A DNA stretch of 64,000 nt from Takakia lepidozioides. Lineage: Eukaryota > Plantae > Bryophyta. Under the pieces are notes generated by a model that saw only the letters and a list, made by a program, of their open reading frames with translations, was not told the DNA's origin and did not search any database. Positions 38,501 through 49,879 of this stretch are shown here, piece after piece. Each line of letters opens with the position of its first letter. Position 1 is the stretch's first letter. A program made the position numbers and the translations under genes. Where the stretch lies: the NCBI GenBank assembly GCA_030704615.1, contig CM060733.1, positions 14,818,001 through 14,882,000 on the forward strand, written 5' to 3'.

Positions 38501-39666
38501 TACTCTAGGGGCAGCTCTATTTCCGTATTATCAAGGAAATATACTTGCATCAATACCACCCCTCTACACACTCAGACAGGAAAGGTAAAAATCATCCCTC
38601 TTCAATATCTCATTGTTTGATGTTTCATCTTCCTACTCTCATACATATTATTAAACCATCCGGGTGCACTGTTTTTGTGGAAATGGCACGTCTAACAGAC
38701 CATGTTCTTCCACGCCCATGTCCTCACCAAGCAAGGAGGACTATTCAAACTGCGTGAGTCTGGCAAAGTTGTGGACCCCCTTGCAGACCTTGTTGAGTTG
38801 GATGCCATCTACAACCACATTCCAGATGTTGCACTACCCATACAAACTCCTCAACAAGCCTGGAGGGGTGCGCGAGACCGTAGTCCCGCCTTCATGCAAG
38901 TGTTGTTGGAGACATGCTCACCTCCTGGCTCCCGCATTTTGGATCTCACAGCTGGCACAGGTTTGCATTGGTTTCCATTTTGTAATTAAAATCTTCTGAG
39001 CTGATTCATGATCATTAACTGTTATCCGATATAATATCATCATTGCATGTTTTTTTCCTGCAGGTTCTACATTTATTGCTGCCCGCGAGTCTGGACGTCA
39101 TGTATTTGGTCTTGAGGGGGACCAGACGTTGTATGCAGCACGTCTCTCTGCACTTCAAAATACTCAACCCGTTTTGGTTTCATCTGTGGTAACTCCAACC
39201 ATTCAACGTCCTGTGAGTTTGTTGGAACCCCCCGCTCCTAAGGTGGCGCGCAAGCTTGGTCTTCATATCGGCAGTACTTCCTAGTGAGTATGTCTCGCCT
39301 CCATTCCCTTTGTTGCAATCTCTATATTATTTGCAAAGCAAACCATTCCCATTTGATTTGTTAACATAAGTATACATGTATGTGTGATGCAGTGATGGGA
39401 TTGTGCGGACCATCTACGATAGTCTACCCCAAAGTCCTCTTTCATCGTTTTATCTACCTTCGTATGCCGAGTCCCAAGCTTTGCATTCAATACATCAACA
39501 ACGTGATGTAGGTCTTTCCAATGATCTCTTGTTTGATCGAAGAGCAGCTATTGTTGGACAATCCGTGGATAGGTTGCGTAGAGTTGAGGCTTTCATGGAT
39601 GTGTATGCCTCTGAATCACAGGCTTATGACACGGATGATGAAGTATCAGCTGATGATGTTATGTAG
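35514..39666 (+). CDS. Intron-containing gene: N-terminal ParB/sulfiredoxin-like domain + C-terminal beta-class N4C/N6A DNA methyltransferase-like domain (one frameshift near 36080)
   Basis: GT-AG exons ~35514-36155, 36271-36460, 36555-36965, 37059-37293, 37479-38141, 38249-38584, 38699-38960, 39064-39282, 39393-39666 join into one protein. ParB motifs DIPLCRM..VRP..VWDGNHRLQAW. MTase motifs VDMIIVDCPTG (IV-like), LLDDNGCLMF (VI), SPAFMQVLLETCSPPGSRILDLTAGTG|STFIAARESGRHVFGLEGD (X-I-II). First exon/start not identified. Confidence 0.8.
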
Positions 39667-41639
39667 ATAATTAGAAATTACATATACAATACATTGTCCT
39701 CATTGTCAGTCCGAATTTTTTGTTATTTTTTATGATACATGTATTTCTCTCTAGTGTAAGGTAAAACAAATGGGGCAAATGACATGGTGTTGAAATCAGA
39801 TTTCATGTTATCTTCCTGTCATTTGATTTATCTATGTAATAGTTTGTACATAGATCTCTACTGCATTTCATAGATCCCTTTACCTTAATGCGAGTTCGAC
39901 ATGCACTTCAGCACTATCAAATTTCATCATTAGTAAGATCAACCCTTATGAGTATTGTGGCATGTTATGTACACACAGGGTGACTATCTTTATCTCATTA
40001 GTGTTTCATTTCATTAGTGTTTCAAGTCTGAATGGGTAGTGTAGTGGTATGAACTAGGCTTGATACCCGATAGGTTGTGGGTTCTATCTCTGATGGACAT
40101 TATGTTTTTGTAAAATAAAAATGTTTCAGAAGATAGATATATAGATACTGCAAAACCTATGTAACAAAGCTCCCTAGCATTGTCAAGCTCCCTAGCATTC
40201 CCTTAGCATTGCTCCATTCTGAACTTCAAACTAGACTCCCACCATTGGAAAAGCCCGTACCTTCACCATTTGTATCTAACAAGGAGCCGTGCCTCGTCAC
40301 TTTTTAATTTTTCAACCTTTTTTCTCATGTTGGAAAGCCATAAAAGCAACATGTTCATCTCCCATTCCTACACTCACCCATGTGGAATAATAATACAATG
40401 AATATGGAATATTCTATATAGAATATTCTTATTCCATCCTTTGATATTTTGACTATGGACCCTAAGATTAGATGAATCACAATTATTTATTTATTTTTGG
40501 GTACCCTTATTTAAGTGTTGTGCATATAAAATTGTTCCTATGCATATCTAAAATTTGTATGCACGCATACATTCCTCCAAATGCATGCATTTGTGTGCGC
40601 ATATAGTATAGGCTACCTCATCGCAGGATAGGGGCGTGGGATGGAGGCTTTGCTATTCTTGAGCTACTGATGCATGAAGGGGCGAAGCGCATCCTGCACT
40701 GTAACCGCAATGGGCTCTTGGCTCCTGTTAGTACCATGATTTGGTATTCTTCCTGATATTCACAAGGTTCTTGGGAGAGATAGCTTGGTCTTAGTAGTCC
40801 GTGTTTCAATCGACGCCCGCTCCTGGCTGCACCGTGGTGGTTCTCACAAACCAATCCGACATTACTGACTAAAGACACAAGCAACACACACAAGAGGTCC
40901 TATTGTGTTCATGGTCAGTCAAATCCTCCATGGGTCATGACACAAGGTTGAGGACAATGTGGTGAGGGCACCTTCTTCTTCGACCTATTTCAGCCTGTTT
41001 TGACCTCGAATTTCTACACGATGGTGGGACAACCACAATCACAAGGTGTGGCTTTTTCTTAATGTACCATGTAAAGTTCTAAGTTAGTCTATCCTGCAAA
41101 TGTGGGCTCTTGGCTCCTGTTATGATTTGGTATTCTTCCTAATGTTTACAAGGTTCTTGGGAGAGTCAGCTTGGTCTTAGCAGGCCGCGTTTCAATCTCT
41201 GTTGTGGAAGTCGCAACAACAATGGCACAATTGATAAAATCAGGCACAGCTACTCAAGGCACCTTCTTCAACACATTTCACCCTATTTTCCCCTCTTATC
41301 ATAATCGGCCCTAAACTGGTGAGGGCACCTTTTTCTCCAACCTATTTCAGTCTGTTTTGCCCTCTCATCATTAGGGTTGGGGTGTTTGCTGGAAGAGGGC
41401 CGGATTTCAAGCACAAGATTACCTATGATTCCCTGTGGATCCATTGCTACAAGAAACCTGCATGGGTAGATGGTGAACTGGAAACCGTAGCAGCAGCGGC
41501 ACAATTGATAAAATTAGGCACTGCTAATGAAGGCAACCTTCTTCAATACATTTCACCCTGTTTTTCCCTCTTATCAACATCGGCCCTAAATTTTCATGTT
41601 GAATTTCTGTAAGTTATTGGTTGAGTGAACCTTTGATGG

Positions 41640-43985
41640 TTTGCAATGCGTGTGCAAGCCTGACAGCTCTGGAGAAGGGCAAAGAGGTACATGGCAACAT
41701 TGTCAGAGCTGCAATTGTACCACATGTCATTTTGAACAATACCCTCGTGGACATGTATGAAGGGAGTGTTTGACAGTATGGCTGAACAAGATGTGGGTGT
41801 TGTGGAGTGCGATGATTGCAAAATATGCATAGCGAGGACGTGGGATGGAGGCTTTTGAGAATTATGAGCATTAAATGATGTGCAAAGGGGAGAATCCCAA
41901 CCACATCACATTTGTTTGTGTTTGCAATGCTGTGCAAGCCTGGGAGCTCTGAGAAAGGGGAAAGAGGTCCATGGTGATCACATCGTCAAAGCTAGAATTG
42001 TATCAGATGCCATCCTGAACACTGCCTTGGATGATATGTTTGTCAAATGTGGGTGCATTCAGGATGCGAAGGGAGTTTTCCACACTCTGGCTGAACAAGA
42101 TGTGGTGTCATGGAACGTTGGGGGAACGAGATGTGGTGTTGTGGAATGCCATGCTTGCAGGGTATGCACAACAGAGGCACGGGATGGGGGCTTTGGAGAC
42201 CTATGAGCAAATGATTGGGGAAGGGTGAAGCCTGACCACATCAGGTTTGCGTGCGCGTGTAAAAGCCTGGCAGCCCAAAGAGGTGCATGGTTGCATCGCC
42301 AAAGCTGGAATTGTACCAGATGTGATTCCATATGGATCAATAGCTACAAGAAACGTGCATGGTAGATGGTCAACTAAAGGCTCCAGCTGCAGCGGCACAG
42401 TTTATAAAACCAGGCACCTCAATCATGACCACAGCTTCTGAAAGAGGATCAAGAGAGGGAGTCCACAATGCCTCTTCTGGCACTTCTGGGCATGTGAAGA
42501 TGCTTTGCGGCAGGCAGACTGACAGAGGCTCTACAGACTTTAAACCAATGAGGCATTTCAGCAGATTCAGGTACGTGTGTCTGTCCCTTGCTTAAGTGCA
42601 TCAAGATGGAAGGTTTGGACGCTGGAATGCAGGTGCACACTTACATTATCCAAAGTAGATGCACGCCAAATGTTTTTCTACTCAACACCCTTGTCTCCAT
42701 GTATGTTAAGTGCGGGAGCATCATGGATGCTCACCAAGTATTCAACAGAATGCCTCAACGAGCTTTGATCATGTGGAATATAATGTTGGCAGGAGTTACC
42801 AAGCATGGGTGTGGTAGGAATGCTTTGGAGACCTATGAGCAACTGTTGCGCGAAGGGGTGAAGCCCAACCACATCATGTTTGTTTGTGTTTGCAATGCAT
42901 GTGCAAGCTTGGGAGCTCTGGAAAAGGGGAAAGAGGTCCATGGTGACATCGTCAAAGTTGGAATTGTACCAGATGCCATTTTGAACATTGCCCTGGTGGA
43001 CATGTATGGACATCAGCTCCTATGATTCCCTGTGGATCAATAGCTACTAGCAACCTGCATGGATAGACGGTCAACTGGAAGCTGAAGCTGTCGCAGTAGC
43101 GGTGGAATTGACAAATCAGGCATTGCTAATAAAGGCACCTTCTTCAACACATTTCACCCTGTTTTTCCTTCTTATCATAATCGACCCTAAGTTTCTATGT
43201 TGAATTCTGCATGTTAGTTGGTTGAGTGAACCAGTTTGGAGTGACTTTGACATGATACTGCCAATGTGACAATAGGAAAGTATCCAGAAACAGGTAACAG
43301 AGATGAGGAGAAGCTGTGGAATGAATACTTTTCTTACCTAGTCAATGGTGGGACAATTGAGGCAAGAAGGTGAATGTCTGTCTGATTATAGAGAGTAGCA
43401 GATTCAATTGAGCATAGGAACTAGTGTGATAAGTTGAGTTGGGTGTTTCCTAGAACAAATCTAAGTTGTCATCGTCAGCTGCTAGCAGCAAGGCAAGGAT
43501 GTATGCATGATTTGTGCAGAGGCATGGATAGAAGGAGCAGGGATAGAGTGTGGGTCCAGATTCATCCAAGAGGGCCAGAAAGAGGTCCATGGTGACATCG
43601 TCAAAGCTGGAATTGTACCGGATGTCATTCTGAACACTGCCCTGGTGGACATGTATGCCAAATGTGGGTGCATTAAGGATGCGAAGGGAGTTTTCAACAC
43701 TATGGCTGAACGAGATGTGGTGTCGTAGAACGCGATGCTTGCAGGGTATGCACAGCAGGGACGTGGTATGGAGGCTTTGGAGACCTATGATCAAATGATG
43801 GGGGAAGGGGTGAAGCCCGACCACATCACGTTTTTGTGCATTTGCAATGCATGTGCAAGCCTGGCAGCTCTGGAAAAGGGCACAGAAGTCCATGGTAACA
43901 TTGTCAGAGCTGGAATTGTACCAAATACAGTCATTCTAAACAATACCCTCGTGGACGTGTACATGCAAAATGTGGGTGCACCCTA
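41640..43985 (+). pseudogene. Three blocks of captured PLS-class PPR gene fragments inside the transposon
   Basis: LNTALVDMYAKCGCIKDAKGVFNTMAERDVVS, NAMLAGYAQQGRGMEALETYDQMMGEGVKPDHITFLCICNACASLAALEKG; blocks at ~41640-42330, ~42530-43010 and ~43575-43985, with many stops and frameshifts. Confidence 0.9.
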
Positions 43986-44434
43986 TCCTGTTTGATTTGT
44001 TGTTGTGCTGGATCAGTAGCAAACGTAGAACGACATTCGTATTTTACATGTGTTGTTATCTTTAGTGCATATGTAATATCCTTTGCACTTTGTCAGACTA
44101 TTGTTTGAGGAGCCAGATTTTGGGACTTCGGTGCTATATTGTAAATTTGACTGGCAGCAGTTTAAGAGAAGCTCTTACATCTACTGCTGTCTTTAAGTGC
44201 CTATGTTTTGTCCTTTGCACTTGTTGCTTTTGTTCTTTCATTTGATTCTTGCATATGAATAAAACATTCATTTGCACAGTCATTTTTTGTCTCTTTGTTC
44301 TTCCCTTTGTTATTCTCTTTGTTCAATATTTGAATAATACTAACCCTAATCTCTACTAACCCTAACGAGATAAGCTTAGTCGTGGTTTTGACTATCCAAT
44401 ACATTTAAAAGTTCCAAACAACCCCTCATATGAT

Positions 44435-44640
44435 GCCATGTGTCCACATATCATCATGTCATAGTCAGGATCATGACTGCAAGACCTCCTCAATACATGC
44501 CACGTGTCTAGATATCAACATGTTGTAGTCAGGATCATGACTACAAGACCTCCTCAATATATGCCACGTGTCCAGATATTAGCATGGTTGTAGTCAGGAT
44601 GATGACTGCAAGACCACCTCATGGATATGCCACGTGGGAG
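44435..44640. repeat. ~63-bp subterminal tandem repeat (3 copies) of the CACTA-ended element
   Basis: Repeated TAGTCAGGATCATGACT[GA]CAAGACC.CCTCA..ATATGCCACGTG. Confidence 0.85.
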
Positions 44641-44936
44641 ATTCTGGAGACGCCATATGGCGCACATCCACAAAACCTCCTGGATTTATTAAAAAGAGAC
44701 ACGTGTACAGTTTGTAGCAGCACACTAAGTCATATATGGTAGAAGTACGTATGACTGCCACATGACAGTGAGATGTATCACTTGGTTCATCTGACTGCAG
44801 TCATCCATGACCGACCATACTGTACTCATTGTATTCACTTGGTTTGCACGACTTAAAGTCATTGCAGTCATATGTACCGTTTATGACTACGGGATAGTCA
44901 TATATACAGTCATATATACCGCGATCTGTTGTAGTG

Positions 44937-46157
44937 CAGTGATCTAGCTAACTCTGCAGTGTTGAGCCAAATTCAAGATGGTTAGGAACATGCCATCGCC
45001 TACACCTCCCGCCGCCTTGATAAACATGAGCGTAATTACTCTATCACTAACAAGGAAGGCTTTGCAGTTATCTTTGGAGTCAAATATTTTAGGCAGTTTT
45101 TACATGGCTGTCATTTACCATTGAAATTGATCATCTACCTTTGAAAGCCTTGCTAACTCCTCGTGAACTCACTGGCAGATTAGCTCGGTGGGCTCTAATT
45201 CTGCAAGGCTATGACTTCACCATCTCCTACAAGCGTGGGAATGATAATGTTAATTCAGATGCTTTGACTCGAGGCGAATCCAAAATCCCTGCACCTTACA
45301 CTACCTTAAATGCCCTGGTCTCCCCTGCTGCACGCTCTACATCACCTGCTGTGCCTGTTTCGGATCCCTATGCCTTGTGTCATTTGTTGGACTATCCTTA
45401 TGTTCCTCTAGATCTGCTTGACACTTGGGATCTACTTCAGTTTGATGTTGGTTGACTTTCTCTTGGTATTGGCATGAATTTTGGTCTGGTATCTTGCAGA
45501 AGGGTCTGGTACTTTCCCTTACCTTAGAACTGCTCATCTTGTCTGGCGCCTGCTTTGGTTTGTTTCCCGACCGAGGGACTGAGCTGCACCTTACAGCCTG
45601 TTTGCCTCCTCATAGGCAGCCAATTGAAAATGAAGTCAGGATTACGAAAGGAAGAGAACGGGGGCTACCACTTTCTTCTCGTCTGCACTAACATGATGTT
45701 GTGTGGCCATGAGTGATGTAGGCATGGATGATCCATTATACGATGCTCTTCTCCATAGGTGCAAAACCGGCACCCACCGTAGTGGCATATCCAAGCTGCT
45801 CATGAGGCAAGTCAACTATCACTTACCCAGCCACCGGGAAAGTGAAGGGAGATTGTTCAGAGTCACTGCTTTGGAAGGTACCTCTGCTGTGGAAGTCCCT
45901 TCTAGGTCCGGTGTCCCTGCTTTGCTCGAATTGTACCATGCTTCTACTTATGCTGGCCATTTGGGGGTTGCTAATACTGTCAAGAGATTACAAGAGCAGT
46001 ATCACTGGAAATGCTTAGTTAAAGATGTCTCAGCTTTCATTGCAAGGTGTGTGCCCTGTCATGCTAAAACCATCCTACCTAGAACCGAAGCTCCCTTACC
46101 TTTGCAGGCCAATCCCGGTGACTGAACCATTTGCTAGGGATGGCAGTCGGACCCCTT
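44937..46157 (+). mobile_element. Host Gypsy element A, part 2: RNase H, connection and integrase HHCC zinc-binding domain
   Basis: AIAYTSRRLDKHERNYSITNKEGFAVIFGVKYFRQFLHG; GRLARWALILQGYDFTISYKRG.DNVNSDALTR; YHASTYAGHLGVANTVKRLQEQYHWKCLVKDV..CVPC; ends at ..PFAR..VGPL. Confidence 0.9.
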
Positions 46158-46434
46158 TGTCGTGCACCTAAGCATCGTGCCACAACATACATCGCTGTCC
46201 ACCACACAATCTAAGCACACAATCCTAGAAAGCTATACCACAGCCGTACTAAGTCCTCTATCACTGTCCCTATTGTACTCAAACTCTATAGACCAAGAGG
46301 CCGGGTACAAGAGCAACCCCATCGTTAGTCGCCGTCTTGCAATCTGTGAACTTGAGTCAGGATCTCGTGTATTGGTCTCCTAATAGCTTGGCCTTGCATT
46401 TCTTGTTAGCCTTCTATGGTTGTATCCACTCCCA

Positions 46435-47940
46435 CTATCCAATGCAATACGGACATAACCAATCCCCATCAGGAACCATCTCAAGAGGTGGAGTCAAGCA
46501 TCCCATATGCCAACCTCTAGAGCATCGATCACACACCAGCATGGTGGCTGCCCCTCTAGCAGACCCACACAACATGCATTTCAAATTTGCAGATACCACT
46601 GCCAGGTTTGGGTCAATCCTGCCATCGACATTCGGAAGGTGACATGGCGCACAATTACGCACATGGTCCTTCCAAGTTATGCCATCCTGACCCTCCAAGA
46701 CCGAGACGCATGAGGGCAAACCCTCTCGAACCCTCAAAATAACACGTCATGCAGTCACATCCAATGTCGTAGGAGCAGTCTGCTGCAGATAGACATAGTC
46801 ACCAGGGTTGAATCTCCGAACCCCAGGACGATAGCCCCCACCACGTATGGTAGCATACCTCAACGTATCACGATGTTGTGCAATGGCAAGGTTATCAAAA
46901 GCCATGGGCATGACTTTCTTTAACAACTCTGCACGCTGCTCACATGCACGTACCCACACGTCCGAATCGTCAAGGTGAAGAACTGTAGCAGCTTCTCTGC
47001 GAATGGATGTAGGCAAATCCGGCTCTCGGCCAAAGAGAAGAAAGTATGGTGAGAAGGAGGCAAGTGATGCTTGCTTGCTGAACCTGTAGCCCATGGCTAA
47101 CCAGGGTAACTGAAGGTCCCATTCTCCTAGGTGTCCCTTCTGCAAGCCATACTTGCGCAAACCCCTCTTTACTGTCTGAACAACTCTCTCTGCCAAGCCA
47201 TCGGCCTCAGGATGATCCCGAGAAGTGATGCGGTGGTCTATCAAGGCTTTGTCACACAAAGCCTGAAACTCCCCCAAGAACTCTCTCCCTTGGTCCGTGA
47301 GTACCTCAGCTGGAGCACCGAATCGGCTAAGCACACAATCCAAGAATGCATACGCAGCTCCCTCACTAGCCTTATCAGGCAATGGAACCAATTCAATCCA
47401 CTTGGAGAAGTGCTCCACCATCACCAACACGTACTTGTTGTGGCGCATGGTCAGTGGCAACGGCCTTGCGAAGTCAAGACTCCACCTGTAGCCCAATCCC
47501 ATGATCGGAAGAGGGTGCAATTGTGGAGTAGGGGCGTTGAATGAAGCACGCACCCTGTCACACACCATGCACCTAGCCACAAATTGTTGCACCTCTGTGT
47601 GCATACCACGCCACCAATACTGCCCCTGCAGTAGACTATGAGTGCGTCGCACCCCAAAATGCCCCAACTCCTCATGGGCATGCTGCACTACATGTGCCCG
47701 CTGTGTTGGGTGAGGCACAATCCTCACTCGACTATCCTCCCACACTCGGAGAAGGTGTGTTTCCTCCCACTTGAACCTCTTGGCTCGTTGTAGGATCCGA
47801 TCCCTCTCCTTGGCAGTCACAGTGGCTGCAGTGTCTCCAGTGCGGAGGTAGTCCAATACAACTGAATCCTCATGTATATCTTTGGCGCCACCTTGCTCAT
47901 TGCTGGCCTCAGGGTCCTCAGACACTTGATCTACAGTCAT
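46435..47940 (-). CDS. Integrase (HHCC + DDE) with C-terminal PHD finger, element B (in-frame stop at 46747)
   Basis: HEELGHFG..YWWRGM..CMVC; WSLDF, LTDQGREF, DGLAER; PHD CMLC..MLVCDRCSRGWHMGCLTPPL..VPDGDWLCPYC. Confidence 0.92.
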
Positions 47941-47958
47941 CCCTGTTGCAGGTCCAAC

Positions 47959-49444
47959 CTAGCCTTCCGCTGCCAAGATACACAGAAATGCAGATGCATG
48001 CCATCCGGGCACCATCTCCTCGTCCGTCTCACCATGCCACCGAGCTCCAGTGTCATCCTGCTGGCTCGTGCATGGATTGCGACTCAACCCATCTGCATTG
48101 TGATTGACCAAACCCGGTCGATACACCACCTGAAAGTCATACTCTTGAAGGATGAGTGCCCACCGTGCAAGCTTCCCCGTAAGCTTGTCTGACTCCATCA
48201 ACCACTTGAGTGGTTGGTGATCCGTGACAAGGGTGAAGAGATTGCCGTATAGATAGCACCTGAAGTGTGCCACGGCCCACACTACAGCTAAGCATTCTCC
48301 CTCATATGAGCTATACTTAGACTCTGCAACGTTGTTCGAGCGGCTAGCATAAGCCACTACGAACTCTCTTCCCTCATCGTCCACCTGTGTGAACACCGCT
48401 CCAAGCCCCAGCATGCTCCAATCTGTATGCAGCTGAAAAGGACGCCCCCTGATAGGTCGTCTCAAGATGGGCGCCGAGGTCAACCTCGCCTTGAGCTCTT
48501 GAAAAGCTTGTTCTTGCTCATCTTCCCACTGCCACTCCTGGTCCACCTTGTTCAGCTTGGTTAGAGCCTTTGCAATGGCACTAAATCCCTTAACAAACCG
48601 TCTATAATAGTTTGCTAACCCCATGAAAGCTGCAACTCGGCTCACATCCGTGGGGCGTGGAACCTGTACAATGGACTCTACCTTAGTCTGCTGTACCCCT
48701 AATCCTCCAGGATATATCATGTGACCCAGATACTCAATCTGGTTGTGGAAAAACTTGCACTTTCCCGGATGTAACTTCAATCCGTGCGCCCTCAAGCGCT
48801 CAAATACCCCCTGAAGGTGTCTCTCATGCTCTTCCACCGTAGCACTAAAGATGATGATGTCATCTATGTAGCACCGAGCAAACTCCACCCCTGCTAGAAT
48901 CCTGTCCATGACTCTCTGAAACTCTGCTGGAGCGTTCTTAAGCCCAAATGGTAAGAACCGCCACTGGTATAGGCAATCCTTCCCGTGCTCATTGATCCCC
49001 CAAAATGCCGTCTTTTGCTTATCCGCCTCCTTGATCGGCAACTGGTGATATCCGGATCGTAAATCCAACGTGCTAAAGACCTTGGCATGCCCAATGGCAT
49101 CAAAGATCTCCTCTGGTGTTAGCATGGCATACTTATCGGACTTGGTCTGACGATTTACAGGTCAGTAATCACCGCACATACGTCTCTCCATCCAATTGCC
49201 AAAGACATCTTTCTTGGCTGACATCACTGTGGCTGAAGCATACTCTCCCCCAAGATAGCTCCACCAAACCAGCCTCCCAAAGGTCCTGAGTTCTCATCTG
49301 AATCAAGGACCTCTCCATGTCACTGTATCTATAGGGTCTCCGAAAGATTGGCGTTTCAGTATCCAATTCAATGCGAATCTCTTGACCCTTCAGTGCTCCT
49401 AAGTCCTTCAAACTGAAGGCAAAACAGTTCTTGTAAGCCCTCAA
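47959..49444 (-). CDS. Reverse transcriptase + RNase H of element B (frameshift near 49250)
   Basis: FSTLDLRSGYHQL, LPFGLKNAPAEFQR, YIDD, FMGLANYYRRFVKGF, LHTDWS..GLGAV, YSSYEGECLAVVWAV, TDHQPL, ADGLSR. Confidence 0.95.
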
Positions 49445-49879
49445 GAACCGCCGTATACGTTGTCTCTCTCCTCCGGTGACTATAGGTCCAACATCAGGCT
49501 CCCAGTTGTCCTCCGTGACTGAAACCTTGAGTCCAGCAGGCTTAGAGGTAGAAGACGCGTCCCGTGGTTGCTATGCTACAACCTCTTGAGTAGTGACCAC
49601 TGCCTCCTCTGTCAGTGACAATGTCTCATCCTGCCCAATCATCCCATTCTTGAGGACCTCCTCAATCCGAGAAAAATCCCAAACCTGATCCATCACCGCC
49701 GCCTTGGCTGCCAACTCATTCTGAACCTCGAGCACCTCCCACGTGTGCCATGGATGCGGCCTGCACCTCATGGTCCTCACCTGCTCGCCCCCACTCGCTG
49801 CCTGTACCGTCTCGGTAGGCAGGGAGACCATGAAGGGAAGTGTACTCTGTACTCTGCGCTGCTCAGCCATAGCCAAGCT

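Larger units (their letters stand above)
30544..44936. mobile_element. 14,393-bp DNA transposon with CACTA-type TIRs and 3-bp TSD (CAG), carrying a Mutator-type transposase, a ParB-methyltransferase gene and PPR fragments
   Basis: Left end CACTACAACAGATCGCGGTATATCTGACTG; right end in reverse complement CACTACAACAGATCGCGGTATATATGACTG. CAG at 30541-30543 and 44937-44939. Removing it restores the host RNase H frame (QTDAS|DLANSAVLSQ). GACTAC/GTAGTC/GACTGC subterminal repeats at both ends. Confidence 0.95.

Noticed and set aside
35514-39666. Bacterial contamination or prophage as the source of the ParB-MTase
   Set aside because: The gene has multiple GT-AG introns and lies between TIRs nested in a plant retroelement.
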